Source: Marsupella aquatica (lineage: Eukaryota; Plantae; Marchantiophyta). From it: a stretch of DNA of 64,000 nt. Each line of letters begins with the position of its first letter. Positions within the stretch are counted from its first letter, which is position 1. The notes beneath the pieces were generated by a model, which was not told the origin of the DNA, did not search any database, and saw only the letters and a program-made list of their open reading frames with translations. The position numbers were made by a program, and so were the translations under genes. Location: NCBI GenBank assembly GCA_973895155.1, contig OZ316895.1, positions 23,706,281 to 23,770,280 on the forward strand, read 5' to 3'. Of the stretch, positions 1 through 13,592 are shown piece after piece.

Positions 1-2637
1 CATCATTAGCTCATTCTTGCTTCTTGTCCACCCTCACTTCAATTTTGCCTTTATTTATAGTAACTGTCAGTTTTGTCTTTATTGAGAGTTAGCTTCCAAG
101 GGCTTCACTCTAGAGTACAGCCCTCAACAGTAAGTCTTAATCAAGATTTACTAATTAGAATACATTTGTGTTGTATGGTTTTTTTTACTCACTTCGATTG
201 CATTTAACTAACCGGTAGTTAGGGTAAGATGCATACATATATTGGCATGATCAAAAATCAAGGTCCACTTTTTCCTCGCCTTGGCGTGACTAACATTCTT
301 TATTGTATCCTACAAACTTTTTAAAACTGGCGCAACGGTAGGAGATGCCTTGGTACACTTCTAAAAAGGAACATGGTCGAATTCAAGATTTCACTTTCTG
401 TAGGATTTACGTGTATCCCGCTAAACTTGGCGATAGTAACGAACCGACCACAGACGAGAGAACGCGTAGAATGCAGACTGGAGAATCGGCGCTAACAAGG
501 TGGGCGCGGAGCGCTGCAGCCAAAATACGCTGGAGTGTCGTTCAATGTAACTACAGTACCGCTTTACCTCCGACGGTAACAGGGTCCCCTACACGGCTAA
601 GTCACCCAACTGCTCCGTCGATCCTTCTCGCGCTTATTACCGATGGAGAAAAAGTTGGTCCGGTCCCGCCACTACACCACACTCTAACCGCAGATAGTAT
701 CCATTGTTATCGACCGTCCATGTGTCCTTCTAGAATTTTATTCAAGAATCTCCCCGTCCATTCTAACCATCGTAAGTGACCGCCGGAGGAAAAGTTTACT
801 CGAGTCGGGCCAACGTTCTTCCGTAGCTGGATCCGATCTGGACTGGCCTCGGATACGGTACGGTCAATGCCCACGTCCCGGACGGGGCCCTCCAAGCCAG
901 TAACTACAGTTCAGATCGACGGTCCTACTATTGAGTAACCATTTCCTAGTCTGCTTTGGGCCGTCAGATCCTGCGTCATTAACTGCGGTTGTAGCCCATC
1001 CGGTCAAGATGACAGCCACCTGCCCTGCTTCGGTGTTCGCGCTTTCACTATTCGTACTCCGCGTGTACTAGCGAAGTCACGGAGTTAATTCTGCGTTTCG
1101 AGGATCCAACGGTCTTTATTCTGAAGAGTCGTATGGGGGCGATGTGGGCGGTCGATTATTATTATGATGAATGGGAAATAAATGATGGAGCAAGAACCAG
1201 CTGACCGGCTGACCGGGTTACACCTGTAAGCGAAAGCGACAGGCCGAGGCGGTACGGTGGTGGCAATTCAAAACAGTGTGGAAGGAATTTCACAACACGG
1301 TGTCGTGTCGTTTTGCGGTGCTGTCGGTGCAATTCGCTACGGTAACGGAGTACTGTAGAATGGAGCTGTGCTCCACTTCTTCAGCATTGCATTCAGGAGC
1401 GGCGACATCGTGATTGCTCTAAAGTACGACAACAAGACTTGGCACATGCTCACGACGGCCCAGACTGGTTTCACGCTTTTGCATGAGTGCCGTTGCTTCG
1501 AAGCTCGAACGACAAAATAGAGAAATGCGGCTTGTTGTAGAGGAGAGGAGGTTGCGGAGTGAGTAAAATCAGCCCCTCGTCGGCGCTTTCGACGACATTG
1601 CTGCTGTTGTGGTAACACGCGGTGACCTTCTTTCGGTTGGGCGTTGCTTGAAGGCAGTTTGGAATTGATATGTTGCTCGCATTTGGAAGATCAGCAGCAT
1701 CACCGTTTCTGGATACAGCTAGCACTCAGCTCGTCGCATTGAAGACTGATCTCGCGGCACCACCTATATTATCACAGGGGGGTGCTTGAAACCAGCAGAC
1801 GGAACGCAGCTCTTGTTGGGGAGAAGATTGCCGGTGCTCGCACATCTAGGAAGGTGTCCCTGCAAGACTGTTCATATCGCGACAACTTCTTCGTCATTGT
1901 GTTAGCTTGGAAAGTAGGTGGAGCACGATAGCTTGTTACAGGAGAGATTTCTTGCTTACGTTCTGCAGATCTGCGTCTACGCGGTCTGGAGTAAAGCCGT
2001 TCATCAATTGTAGCTGATTCATTGGAGCGCAGGTAGACAATGCGTGTTTGATTTGCTTGCGGAGAGACTGTCTGTGACCACGCGAAGCCTTCAGCATTGT
2101 ATTTGTTGCTTTAAGCAAGCAGCGAGCGATAGAGGAGATTCGCACCTCGACCTTCCGTCTTATGGCAACGGTGTAGGCTTGATTCACCTCATTCCTTCCG
2201 CTTTGCACTGCAGCGGAGCTGATTACTTACTACAAGTCTTCGGTCGAGACAAATAGACAGACTGCGATGAGACAATGCACCGTCGTAACTTTTGTCACTT
2301 CAAGCTAGTGTAGAGGAGCGAGAGATAGAGGCGATTGGATTCGAATACCAGCTCTGGCCCTCGATAGACTCGGCCTATTGAATCTTTAATTCTAGGTTGT
2401 GTAGCAGGTTGGCCGAGTCCGTCCCTCGCATAAGAACAGGAAAGAAAGGACGTTAGAAGAAGTGTCATCTTACAGGCTGATTACTTGTACTCACAGATAC
2501 TGAGCGAGAAGTAATTTTCTTAAGCCAAGTTTGGCTTAACTGATTGTGTCCTTCAAGGTGATCGTGCTGAAGCATAAGGGGCAAGATAGGGAGAATTGTA
2601 GTTTATTGCAGTTGGTAGCACTGGTTTCTTTGCAGTG

Positions 2638-4957
2638 ATGACGGGGACCATGAGGCAGACATCAGCGGTTGGATTGCTTCTCACCGCGGTATTTCTCTGC
2701 TGCTATGGAGTTGATGAGATTGGCGCAATCCCGTTCGGAGTGAATTGGGGAGATATAGCGCGGCAGCCCCTTCCGCCTGGAATAGTGGTCCAGATGTTGA
2801 AAGATAACAATATCACTCGTGTGAAGCTCTTCGACGCCAACTTCGATGTCCTTAAGGCATTAGCAGGCTCTGGAATAGAGGTGATGGTCGCGGTGCCGAA
2901 TGACATGCTCTCGACTGTAGCGGGTAGCCAGAGCGCAGCCCAAGATTGGGTCGCCGAGAATGTGACGCGTTACATGATCTCCGGCGGAGCCGACATCAGG
3001 TAAGACATTAGAATCACCCTGCAGAGGGGATGGTTGAACCGAGCTATGTAGTCAACAGTGAGTTCTTCGAATTGCGATTGCTTTCTTGTCGTGCAGGGAA
3101 TCTAGAGTCTTGTTGTGAATCGTAGAGCGTTACATCTCTATAAATGCTGTCTCGAAATTTATGAGTTTACGATTAGATCGTCCAGAAATTCATCGTAGTT
3201 TGAATTTTGGTGGAGTCCAGTACCCCGCAGCGTAAACGGAGTCTTGTGATAAATCTAAACTACTTTCACACAAAGTCTAGTAGACTTACAGAGACTCTCT
3301 CCACCTTTTCATTTAGGCAGAACGACTCTAAGCAACACGAGCTCTCGCGCATTGGTTGTTAAGAGAGTTGAACAGTGGTTGAAACTCCTCTCGAAATTAT
3401 CTGAATTCGTCGAGCTTCAGATTTGGAGTTGTCTCGTTGTGAATCTCAACTACAGGCATGAGCGAAGCATGGTAGACCTGACACCTTGAGTAGTCTATGA
3501 GAGGCTATTATCAGATGCTCTCTCCAGACTGATGAACTTATAACTGCGATACAGAATTGATGACTGGTGGAATTTTGTAATTAGTGAACATATAAAAGTA
3601 TTCCTGCACTGATAGCTCTACAGATGTCAGTTAGTGCCTTCTGCTCGAGGGCGCCCTGCGTTTTTAACTCGGTTGTTGGTCAGTCCCACATGCTGTGATG
3701 CGCTCCTCGAGCTCTGGTTCACTTGAGTTTAGGTAACTGGTGTATCTCTCTTAATATCAAGCAGTCCGAGCTGACGTATTCGCTCGAATTTCCTATTGCA
3801 GATATGTTGCAGTGGGTAACGAGCCATTTCTGGTGGCGTATAACGGGACCTACCAGAATGTCACACTCCCGGCCCTGGTAAATATACAACAAGCGCTAGG
3901 AGACGCTGGTTTCACTGGGAAGGTCGTGGCGACGATTCCCTTCAATGCAGACGTGTTGTGCGGCCCGGATGTGAATTGTCAATCGCCTTCGCAGGGAGTA
4001 TTCAGGCCTGACATTGCCGATCTCATGGTCACGATCGTACAAACCTTGAATAATAGCGGAGCTCCATTCTGTCAGAATGTCTATCCGTTTCTGAGTCTCG
4101 CACTGAGTGCCAATTTTCCTTCAGAATACGCGTTCTTCGGAACCTCTGTGTTGACGGATGTCACAGGCGCCGTTTACCACAACGTCTTCGATGCAAGTTA
4201 CGACACTCTCGTCGCGGCCTTGACTAAAGCCGGATTCCCCAACATGCACATTATGATTGGTGAAATTGGTTGGCCGACAGACGGCAACCAGTTCGCCAAC
4301 AATGCTAACGCTCAGAGGTTTAACCAAGAGGTACTCCAACATGTCTCAGGGAACCCGGGTACTCCATTGCGCCCCAAAGAGGAATTCGATGTATATCTTT
4401 TCAGCCTCCTAGACGAGAATTTGAAAAGCATACTTCCGGGCGATTTCGAGAGGCATTGGGGGATTTTCTACAGCGACGGGAACCCCAAGTACGCGCTGGA
4501 TTTGGTCGGCAATGGCTCTGATGTGTGGCCAAAGCCCTCCGTAGGTGTGCAGTACCTTCCACAGAATTGGTGCATCGTAAATCCAAATGCTCTAGTAGTT
4601 GATCCGACAGTTTTGCAGGGAAAACTGAACTATGCATGCGCGAGAACGGATTGCACGGCCATTTCAGATGGCGGGTCGTGTTTCTTGCTTGATAACACTA
4701 CGAAGGCGTCGTATGCCTTCAATAACTACTTCCAGTTCAATTATCAGGACCCTCAAGCGTGTGATTTTCAAGGTGAGGCCATGATAACGACAATTGATCC
4801 CTCAGCCGGACAATGCAAGTTTCAAATCGGTCTCAACTACAAACCCTTCGATACGAGTTCTGCATCGATATTAAGGCTCCCGGGGAAGTTTAGCAGCGGC
4901 TCTCCTGCATTCTTTGTTTTCACTTTAATCGTTTTGCTCTTCTTCACGATTGCTTGA
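2638..4957 (+). CDS. Glucan endo-1,3-beta-glucosidase (GH17) with X8/CBM43 domain and probable GPI anchor; exons 2638-2999, 3802-4957
   Basis: Signal-peptide-like N-terminus, then GVNWG, RVKLFDA, YVAVGNEPFL (joined across GT-AG intron 3000-3801), GEIGWPTDG and FERHWGIF. A Cys-rich X8 domain (WC..YAC..DC..GGSC..SYAFNNYFQ..ACDF) and a hydrophobic C-terminal tail follow. Confidence 0.95.
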
Positions 4958-7164
4958 TAGTTAGTCGGACAGCGATGTCCTACTAACCATTCATTCTCCC
5001 TTTCTCCGTCCTGTAATATACTGCTCGAGAACACGCGCGTAGCATACCCACCTCTCTCCCATCGGTTCAAAACAATTATTCGCTGATGGCCTGCCACCAT
5101 CTCTCTCATCTCATTTATCAACTTAGCGACAGTATCCTCAATTCATTACTCCACTCTTTTGATAGGACGGAGGGTGGCCCCTACGAGGACTAGTTTAGGC
5201 AGATAATCGAAAGGCAGATACAGAGTAGGATCCCCACAGGCCCCATTGAGGGCACTGCATAGCTGACAGAATTGATGCGAAAACTGTTCATGCAATAGCT
5301 CCGGATGGTTGGAAAGTGCAGCCACATTCTTTTCTTACATACTATATCGTAAGAGCTTAGCGTAGGTAGTAGAGAACATACAGAAAGAGTCATATATTTT
5401 GGCTTGCGCCGTCAAAGCATTCACTTGGCATCATTTATCATCCGTTGGATGAAAGTCTTGTAGTCGACGAAAAACTACTGAAGATTTTAACGTTCTCTCG
5501 GCTGTCTCCTTGTATGATCTAAATATTCGTGTTGCTTCAACATAATGCCCACTGTTCTGATTTGTGGATGGTGCATATGTTTCAAATCAACTTCCCAGCA
5601 ACACATAGTTTCGACCGGAACTAATTTGCTATGCAATCGATGCATGCTGGAATGGTTGGGAGTTCATCTACTGTGATGCAAACAATCGAATTCGTCTTGT
5701 TATACATCGTCCAAGCTGTACTGTGAATGTGCTATTATCTCCTAGAAGCAGAAGCAACGTCATCAAGGTTGTGATCAATCCGTCATTCCGTCGTACTGCG
5801 CACATGTGATGCTGATAGGAGCACGAACGTGTGCCAATGGAGATGTTAATTAATTTTAACAATTCGCTTCAACGTCGTCATAGTGAAACCCACCGACCGA
5901 CACACGACTGATGTTGTTTTCCTTTCTTCTCTTGAAAGGAATGCTGTACTTGACAAGCGTGTGAACTCCAACAGCGAGAGGGACGCCATGAATGAATGTG
6001 CCATCCCAGCTTTCGAGATGGAAACAGCTCTAAAAACAAATTTCTGGATGGGAAGCGTGAAATGATGAAACTTTGCTGTTATTTATCTGGGAAAGATGGG
6101 AAACTCCACCTAAGCCCCAAAACTAGTATACAACAACCAAAATGATGGAACTTTGGTAGTTTCTTATTTTTGTATTTTGAAAGGATAGAAACTACTACTG
6201 TAAACATAGTATTCATTTCACACTAGCCCCCATCCCATTGCCTCTTATTTGAACGTGAATATGAGGGAATACAATAAAAATATCATCAAAATATATTCCA
6301 TATACACATTTTTGAATGGTAATGAAAAAAATAAAAAATTATCATGCATGTCATCATTTAAATAATCATACATAACATACCAGAGTCTTTTTTATGTAGA
6401 TCCCTCTTTTATGCACATATGTTATGTTGGCTGTAAAGTTTATTTTCTAATATAAATAAGAATTAGATAAAAAATATATACATGATTATCATTTGACATA
6501 CATCATACTCATGAGTTTTCCCATCCACATGATAAACCATGGAATTACAGTCTAAGACTTCACTCTAGAAGCCTAGGTTCCAACTCTAGCTTATAATTGA
6601 CGCTTTATAAATAAGATGTAGTATGATCATGTATGCAAAAAACAGATCCTATTTATGGGTTGCACTCACTAAACCACAAGCTCCCACATAAAGTACTCTG
6701 GGTAACCAGTCTTACTTATCTCACATACAATATGATGTGTGTGTGAAATAACATATCATAATTTTGGGAATTGTTGAGTATCAGTGAGCTCATTACTTCA
6801 ATTTAGCAAGCGGGCTAAGCTCCACAAAATATCTAAAAATAGTTCATACATTAATACAAGTAATCATGAAGTATGCTTTTGAAGGACACTAGGGTCCTAT
6901 GAACCAAAATGAGTGCGAGAGACTCCGGGGTAGGTCTACCATTTACCTAGGCAAATGAACAGTGGCTATGTAGGGCCAAGGCCCCTTCATAGTGGCAGCA
7001 GCTCTGATTTGAGCAGCTCAGGCATGAGACTTACTTTGCTGTTGCTGAAGCTCAACCCAGGCTTACATGGATAAGGTTTCACATGCTGTTTAGAATCGTT
7101 AATTTTTCACATGCCAGATGTTAATAAAGCACTTGTGTGAGTAACCTCAAGCAGAACATTTTGG

Positions 7165-8495
7165 AACCTAGAAGGGTGTCAAGAGCAAAGGTGTGAAAGG
7201 TGTCAAGATACATGGGGGTTCATGGCTCAAGGGCTCAGTAGATGGGAGCAACATTTTCATGAAATTGAAGCCCGGATGGACCTCCACATTCGCCATTGTT
7301 CTCGGATAGACTTTTGCAGCCCAGATAGACCTCCACATTTGCTGTAAAAATGCTTTGGAACCTGGAAAGCTGTCAATACGGGAAGGTGTAAAAGGCGTCA
7401 AGGTACATGTGGGTTCATGGCTCCGGGGCTCATCCTATGGGAGCAACATTTTCATGAAATTGTAGCACAGATAGACCTCCAAGTTTGCCACTATTCTCAA
7501 AGAGACTTTGGCAACCAGATAGACTATGCGACCAACATTTTCAGGAAATAGAAGCTAGGATGGACCTCCAAGTTTGCCCTTGTTCTCGGAGAGACTTTTG
7601 CAACCCAGGTCAACGTCCATGTTTGCCCTCAAAAACCTTCTGGAACCTACAGTAGGAGAAGAAAGAACCATAATCTATACAAATAGGGGGAAAAAGTATA
7701 ATGAAGAGAAAGTAAAAGAGATCCAAAGAGTACAAACACCACACAAGGAGGGTGTCAATGGGTGCCAAAGCAGGCATGGGTGTGTGGTAGTGCACTTGAG
7801 TAGAGACTCAAAGATTTGGGGTTTAAAGGTTATAACTGGTTTCAGTTGGCACGCTTTCCATGCGGTTCATGAAACAGCCCGGATGGACCGAGACATTGTC
7901 CCTACTCCCCGTGGACCGCGTAAAGCAATAATTGCTTTTACACCAAAAAGAAAAAAAAAAACCGGTTGCAAATCGCAGTTGACGACTTTTACTACCTTGG
8001 GGAGAAGTCAAGCCATATTGGTGATCCTCACTAATGGCATGACGTCCTGACATCTTTCAGGTTCAAGATAATCAAGTTGTCAAGTTAGAGAGGAAACCGG
8101 TTCAATAATGTAATTGATACCGGTTGCAAACAATAAGGAGACAATTTCCACGTCACATTTCACTCCAAAGTTTAAACAGTGTTATCTGAGTCAGTTTAAA
8201 TATTCTGAGCAAGTCCTTCCAAGCTTTGCCAGTCCATCTGGCCTACATAGACAAAGTGGAGGTCCATCCTGGCTTTAGTTTAGCTTTCAGAGACTTCCCC
8301 TTTAAAAACAAAAAAAACAACTATTATAATGAGGGTGTCAATGAAGTGTAAAATGTGTCAAGGTGCATGGGGTTTACATGGTCACGGGCTTGGTCCATGG
8401 AAGTATAATGAGGGTGTCAATGTGGTGTAAAAGGTGTCAAGGTACACGGGGTTTACATGGTCACGGGCTCGGGTCAATGGAAACAACATTTCGGA
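7165..8495. repeat. Degenerate repetitive element with subterminal-type repeats (likely non-autonomous DNA transposon remnant)
   Basis: Recurrent GGTGTCAAGGTACATGGGG(G/T)TT units near 7199, 7393, 8355 and 8433. GAT(G/A)GACCTCCA occurs at about 7276, 7324, 7470 and 7559, with an inverted copy (TGGAGGTCCATC) near 8257. Confidence 0.55.
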
Positions 8496-8684
8496 AGATA
8501 TGAGAGTTCGTAACATTCTTTTCATTTGTGACGAAGAGATGACGATTTGGAAAATTGTATGAGAGCTCAGAAATTTGTACGGGAGTCCAGGAAATTGGAA
8601 GTAGGCAGGCAGAGAGGCAGCAGCGAGAAGAAGGAGGAGGAGGAGCATTGAGGAATTGATTGAGGACGAGTTCCCGACGAGGAA

Positions 8685-10074
8685 ATGGCCGGGCCTGCGG
8701 TGGCACCGGCCTGGAGCGCGAAGCTGGTGATCACTCTGGCGCGAGGCCTTCCAGGGACTCTCGAAATCCATCGCCGCACAGTGAGGGCCCTCGGCTTGCG
8801 AAAGGTCAACCAAACTGTCATCCGAGAGAACACCCCCACCATCCGTGGCATGATCAATCAGGTACTGTAGATTGCTCTCTCTCTCTCCCTCTCCCTCTCC
8901 CCCAGCGTCTATCCAGCCCCGGACTAAACCTAGTAGCCTCAATAACTCTCTCGTTGACATTCGAATAGTAGAATGGTTTTCAGTAAATTTCAATGGGAAG
9001 GTCCAGATTTTTTCTTTAAAGTCTGATCCAGTCTCCCCTGCTTTGAAACGGCTCTGCTTTGGGTGGGTACATTCATTCTCGGGTGGCATTATTTGTGAGA
9101 TTGGAGGAGTAGTGTGTAGGGTTTTTGCTGTTGCGCACGGTCGCAAATGGTTCACCACGCATCTTCACAGTCTGATCTGGCCTGGTGGTTTCATTCTCGA
9201 CTGGCATTGCCTTTTGAGATTGGACGATTAGGGTTTAGGGTTTTTGCTGATCATGACGGGCACGGAAGTTTCACCGCATTTCTCCACAATCTGAGCTGGC
9301 CTGGTAGATTCATTCTCGACTGGCATTGCTTATTGAGATCGGACGATTAGGGTTTAGGGTTTTTGCTGATCAGCACGAGCGCAAAAGTTTCACCGCATTT
9401 CTTCACAATCTGATCTGGCACAAGCTGGCGGAAAACGGTTTGGTGTGATTCGGTGGATAAATTCTGAGCAAGCTGCCTTTTCGACTGAGAATTGAGCTGC
9501 GTTTGGTCAAAACTAGTTACCACCGTGCAACTCTATAGCTTGAGATGGAACATTCTGAGCGCATTTAGGTGACAATTTTGCTCGATGAGGATTTATATAT
9601 GGACGGAAGTCTTCGTGGAATTCAAGCTATCGTCAATTACTTGCAGACTGTTGCCCTTTGCTTGCTCGTATCATTATCATACGGTCTGTAAGAGATTGCT
9701 TTCTTGTAATCCCATGTTTGAGTTAATATTTCCTAGGCACAATTGATGCAGTGTTCTCTGGGGCTGGAGGATGCATATCTCTAGTTTTTGCAGTGTGAGC
9801 AAACCCCTTTAAACGACCAGTGGAATCCTGAAATCTGAAATCTGAAATCTCTCTTTAAAATACAGATTTTTGGCCATAAATTTCTCCCATCATGTTGGAG
9901 CAATTGCATCTCATTCGTTCAATGCCATTGGAACGTATCCTGCAGGTAAAACGCTTGCTGGCGGTGGAAACAATCGAGATGTATAACGCTCGACTGCAAG
10001 CAGAAGCAGAACATCGAGCGCTTAGACCTCCCCTTGTGGCAACCCACTCCCCACCACAGCGCGGGAATATTTAA
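8685..10074 (+). CDS. MRPL30: Ribosomal protein uL30, bacterial/mitochondrial type; exons 8685-8861, 9946-10074
   Basis: KLVITLARGLPGT..HRRTVRALGLRKVNQTVIRENTPTIRGMINQ|VKRLLAVET matches the uL30 fold. Phase-0 GT-AG intron at 8862-9945. Confidence 0.9.
9117..9420 (+). repeat. About 119-bp tandem duplication (about 2.5 copies) carrying telo-box motifs, in the uL30 intron
   Basis: CTGGCCTGGT..TTCATTCTCGACTGGCATTGC..GGACGATTAGGGTTTAGGGTTTTTGCTGATCA occurs at about 9177 and 9296. Confidence 0.9.
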
Positions 10075-12887
10075 TTCAATTTGTGGCGTGTCATTGGGCG
10101 CCACGGTTGTCTACTGTCTAGCGTTGACAACTTTGTCAACCCAATTCTCCCTCATGGTTGCCTTTGATTTGACACCCTGCTCTTGGAGGAAACAGTTTGT
10201 AACTGGTAATTAGTGTTTCCTGGCGCTGATGTCCTCCTGTGATGCTTCAATCATACACCTTTCCAGGCTTCCCCTGCAGTTTCACTTTACTACAGATTTC
10301 ACAGATGTAGTACAGGAATTCAGAATATGATGTGGAGGTAATCACTTAGATACAGTCCCAAACATGGACGCTGGCCCATAGTACGATTCTTGGTGATGGA
10401 GCCTTATATTTCTAACAAGGAGTCTTGATAACAGATTCTAGTCCTACCTGCGTAATTTTCACTACTACCTGTTATAGACTCTGAATGTTATATCTGGGCT
10501 GACTTCTCCGAGGTTTGAGCTCCAAAGGAGTTTACTCTTGCTTGATTTATATTTGAAGAATCATATTTCACTTCAGCAGTTGGCCTCATACTAATGTTGC
10601 AGTTTCCAGGCTCTAACTTGCTATCCCCAGGGATCATTACGATTGTTGTTTTGAAGCTGAGAGGAGTGTGTAGTCAAAATGCTCTCGTGTTTAGTGACTT
10701 CCGCAGACTCTTGCTATGAAACGACCGGAACTGCTGTCAAAACGAAGGTAACCGAAGTTGTATGTTCCTTGCATTTCACTTCTGTTGACATCTTTTATTA
10801 AAGTTGGTATAACTCGTGTTCGCCAACAACGCTCTTCCATTCATACCAAGCACACAATTGGATGGAAGGAGCACACCTAATGACTCCACGGAAGATTCAA
10901 GGCTGACAGAATGGAAGCATAGTCTGAGAGCTTCAAAACTAAACAGTTTCTGCGAGCTGGGGTGAGATCGGCAGGATCATGTAGCCGAAACTGAATCCAC
11001 AAAACCAGTTCCTCTAACGTAGAGCAAGCAGTTTGGACTAAAGCTTCGACGAATTCAATGAAATGAACAGTTTCAATGAACAATGGTCTCTAAGAAATAG
11101 TATTCAGCAACACTACTTATGCAAATTAAAATCTATTTTAGCTTCACAATGAAAAAATTACTACAATCCCGGTCACAGGAGCAATGTTCTATAAAATACA
11201 AGATTATGTAAAAGTATTTATGTAAGTTGTATAGTCATTCCGGAAAGTGTCAATGCTTAAAATCTTAAGAAAATGTGTAGAAATTATGAATTTATTTATA
11301 AAAATTGAGGTTATTTGGGTTTTAGATTTGCCTAGCCTAGGTTCCTTGGTGGGATTGTTTCTTTGATTCATGAGTTATTGTGTTGCTTGCCTCCCTTTAG
11401 CTGGGCTCGTAAACATTAAAAAAATATTTTTGAGTAAATTATATTCATTTGATATTTTACCATTGAACAAATTACTTGAGGGAGTATGAAAAAAATGTGA
11501 AGCATTCAATTTACTCAAAATTTCATAAACCATGAATGCATAAACCATGAATGCCAAATCAGGTATTTATATAAGGACGTAAATGCACTTTATATTATAT
11601 CTTTTTACTAAACTCTAAAAAATGGTTGAACTAATTATATGGAGGGGAAAAAGTATTTGGGAATGGAGAGAAACTTTCAGTTAAAGTGCTCTAGCCACTG
11701 ACAAAGTATCTTTACCACATGAGTGGGGACAGAATTAGTGACATAGGAAATCTTTGGATAGAAGTGAGGTATCCTATTATGCGAGGAAACAGGAATTTTG
11801 TTAGCGAGGAGAATGTTGTTAGCGAGACACTCCAGGTTTTAATTATTTTTTACTTTTTGCTGCTTTTTATATATTTTGTGTGTTTTTATGACTCCAGATG
11901 GCTAATGAGGTAGCTAGCAAAAAGAGGAGTCCAAAAAATGTCTGTTATGAACCAGCTTGTTGTTAGCGAGCAGTTGGATATAGAAAGGGGCCATGTGAGG
12001 AAGATTTTTACTTGTGCAAGTAAAACTTTTACTGTTTATTTGCACGCTACAATGACCCGAAGTGAGGTATTGAATTGGTCATTGACATTATACTTTATGG
12101 ACAGAAAAGTAAACACTGGTATCCATGCATATTTTTATGTTTTAGCCAAGTTTATCCATGGGGGTTTCATGGACAACCTACCGGGCCTTAAGTTTTGTCT
12201 TCTTTGTTCTTTTGACCATTTGGATTTAAAGCACAAGTGTCCTTCAAAAGTTATGGGTTACCTGTAGTTACCATTAAAAGAAGATTTTTCTTGAAATTGT
12301 GGAGCACACTGGCATGCTCGAGTAAAATAATGATTAAAATGTGGAAAAGGGGGAGGTCTGGACACTTCCCCTTATATAGGGGAAGTTGTGGTTTAACCAT
12401 AACCCATTTTAATTCTTTCTGGAATTTCTTTCCTTGGCTTACAATCACCGGTCTTGCAAGGAGACCCCTTTAAGGTTGTTACACTTGGTCAAAGTGAAAC
12501 ACTCTAGCGGTCTGACCAGATCCAATTGACGACCTTCTCGGCCCAAACCAGAGCTACTACCATTATCCTACACTCACATCTATGTTATTAAACAAGGTAG
12601 AAAATACTTCATTTATTCCTACACAAATAAAGCGCTCTAAATCTAGATTCCTGCCCTCTATTCCGTAGCCCACATCCTACATCATTAAATATGGTTAAGA
12701 AACAATTAATTTGTTTGTTTTGATTGCTACAAGACAAAAACCAAGGATGTTCCAGGACGAACATGCCAGCTGTGAGCCACAAACAACACTAGCTAGGAGA
12801 ACCCCGGAATGATTTATAAATTCCCTGTCTGTTTTGTGAACGCACAATGCTCAGATGAACCATAATGTCTGACCACACAACTCAGAT

Positions 12888-13368
12888 GGACCCGATTTGG
12901 CCTTGACCGGCATATTGGGTGTCTCGACCCCATCAAACTTTCATCCTAACACCCGGTCCCCCGACCTTTCCCCTACCCGGCCCGGCCCCAACCTCACTTG
13001 GACCCGCCCACCATGCCGGCCTCGTACCCAACCCCGCCCCAGCCCTGCCCCGACCCCGCCCTGCCCTCCCGACCAGTTTTGACCTGACCCCGACTCTGCC
13101 CCCACCATTTTCAACTCCGGCCCCGACCTCAACCAATCCCCCCACCCATCTGGCCCATCCCGACCCGACTTCAGCCTGGGAGAACGCCTTGCTAGACCAA
13201 GGGAGTCCGGGGGACCTCAGGACCGGGCCGGGACAAAGTTCAGGAAAGTTAGGGAATGCCCGGGAAAAAAATTGGAATAAGCGTCAAATGGGTCGTTTTT
13301 GGCCCGTAATTTGATGATTTTACGTGCTGGCAAAGGTGTCAAGTTGCCCGTCAGGTCAAACTGGGCAG
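12888..13368. mobile_element. MITE-like element with imperfect terminal inverted repeats and a C-rich core
   Basis: Left CCGATTTGGCCTTGACCGGCA resembles the reverse complement of right TGCCCGTCAGGTCAAACTGG (CCAGTTTGACCTGACGGGCA). The interior has repeated CCCGACC/CCTGCCC motifs. Confidence 0.5.
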
Positions 13369-13592
13369 ATGGACCCAGAGGATGGATCTTTATGAGGCCC
13401 AAAAGTTAGACCATCCAGGCAAAGGAAAGATACTATTTTGAATCAAACCATGTGTTGAAATGACTATCAGGGTTGCAGTGGTCCATCCCAGTTGCTTGTC
13501 AAAACGTCTAGGTCCATTTAGGGTTCTATTTCTTAATTTACATGTGCTTACCTTTGAAAGATAGAGATGGAAAGAGAGAACTGAGAATTGCT

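Noticed and set aside
112-123. Partial miR529-like AGAGTACAGCCC
   Set aside because: Short match only. The 5' half is absent and no fold-back was seen.
5004-5172. Stowaway-like inverted repeat CTCCGTCCT/AGGACGGAG
   Set aside because: Only 9 bp of complementarity and no TA TSD, so it could be chance.
8382-9158. 258-aa antisense ORF over uL30
   Set aside because: It spans repeat, exon and intron, has no recognisable domain, and is best explained as a shadow ORF.
12897-13314. Pro-rich extensin-like ORFs
   Set aside because: These are by-products of the C-rich repeat, with non-ATG starts and no signal peptide.
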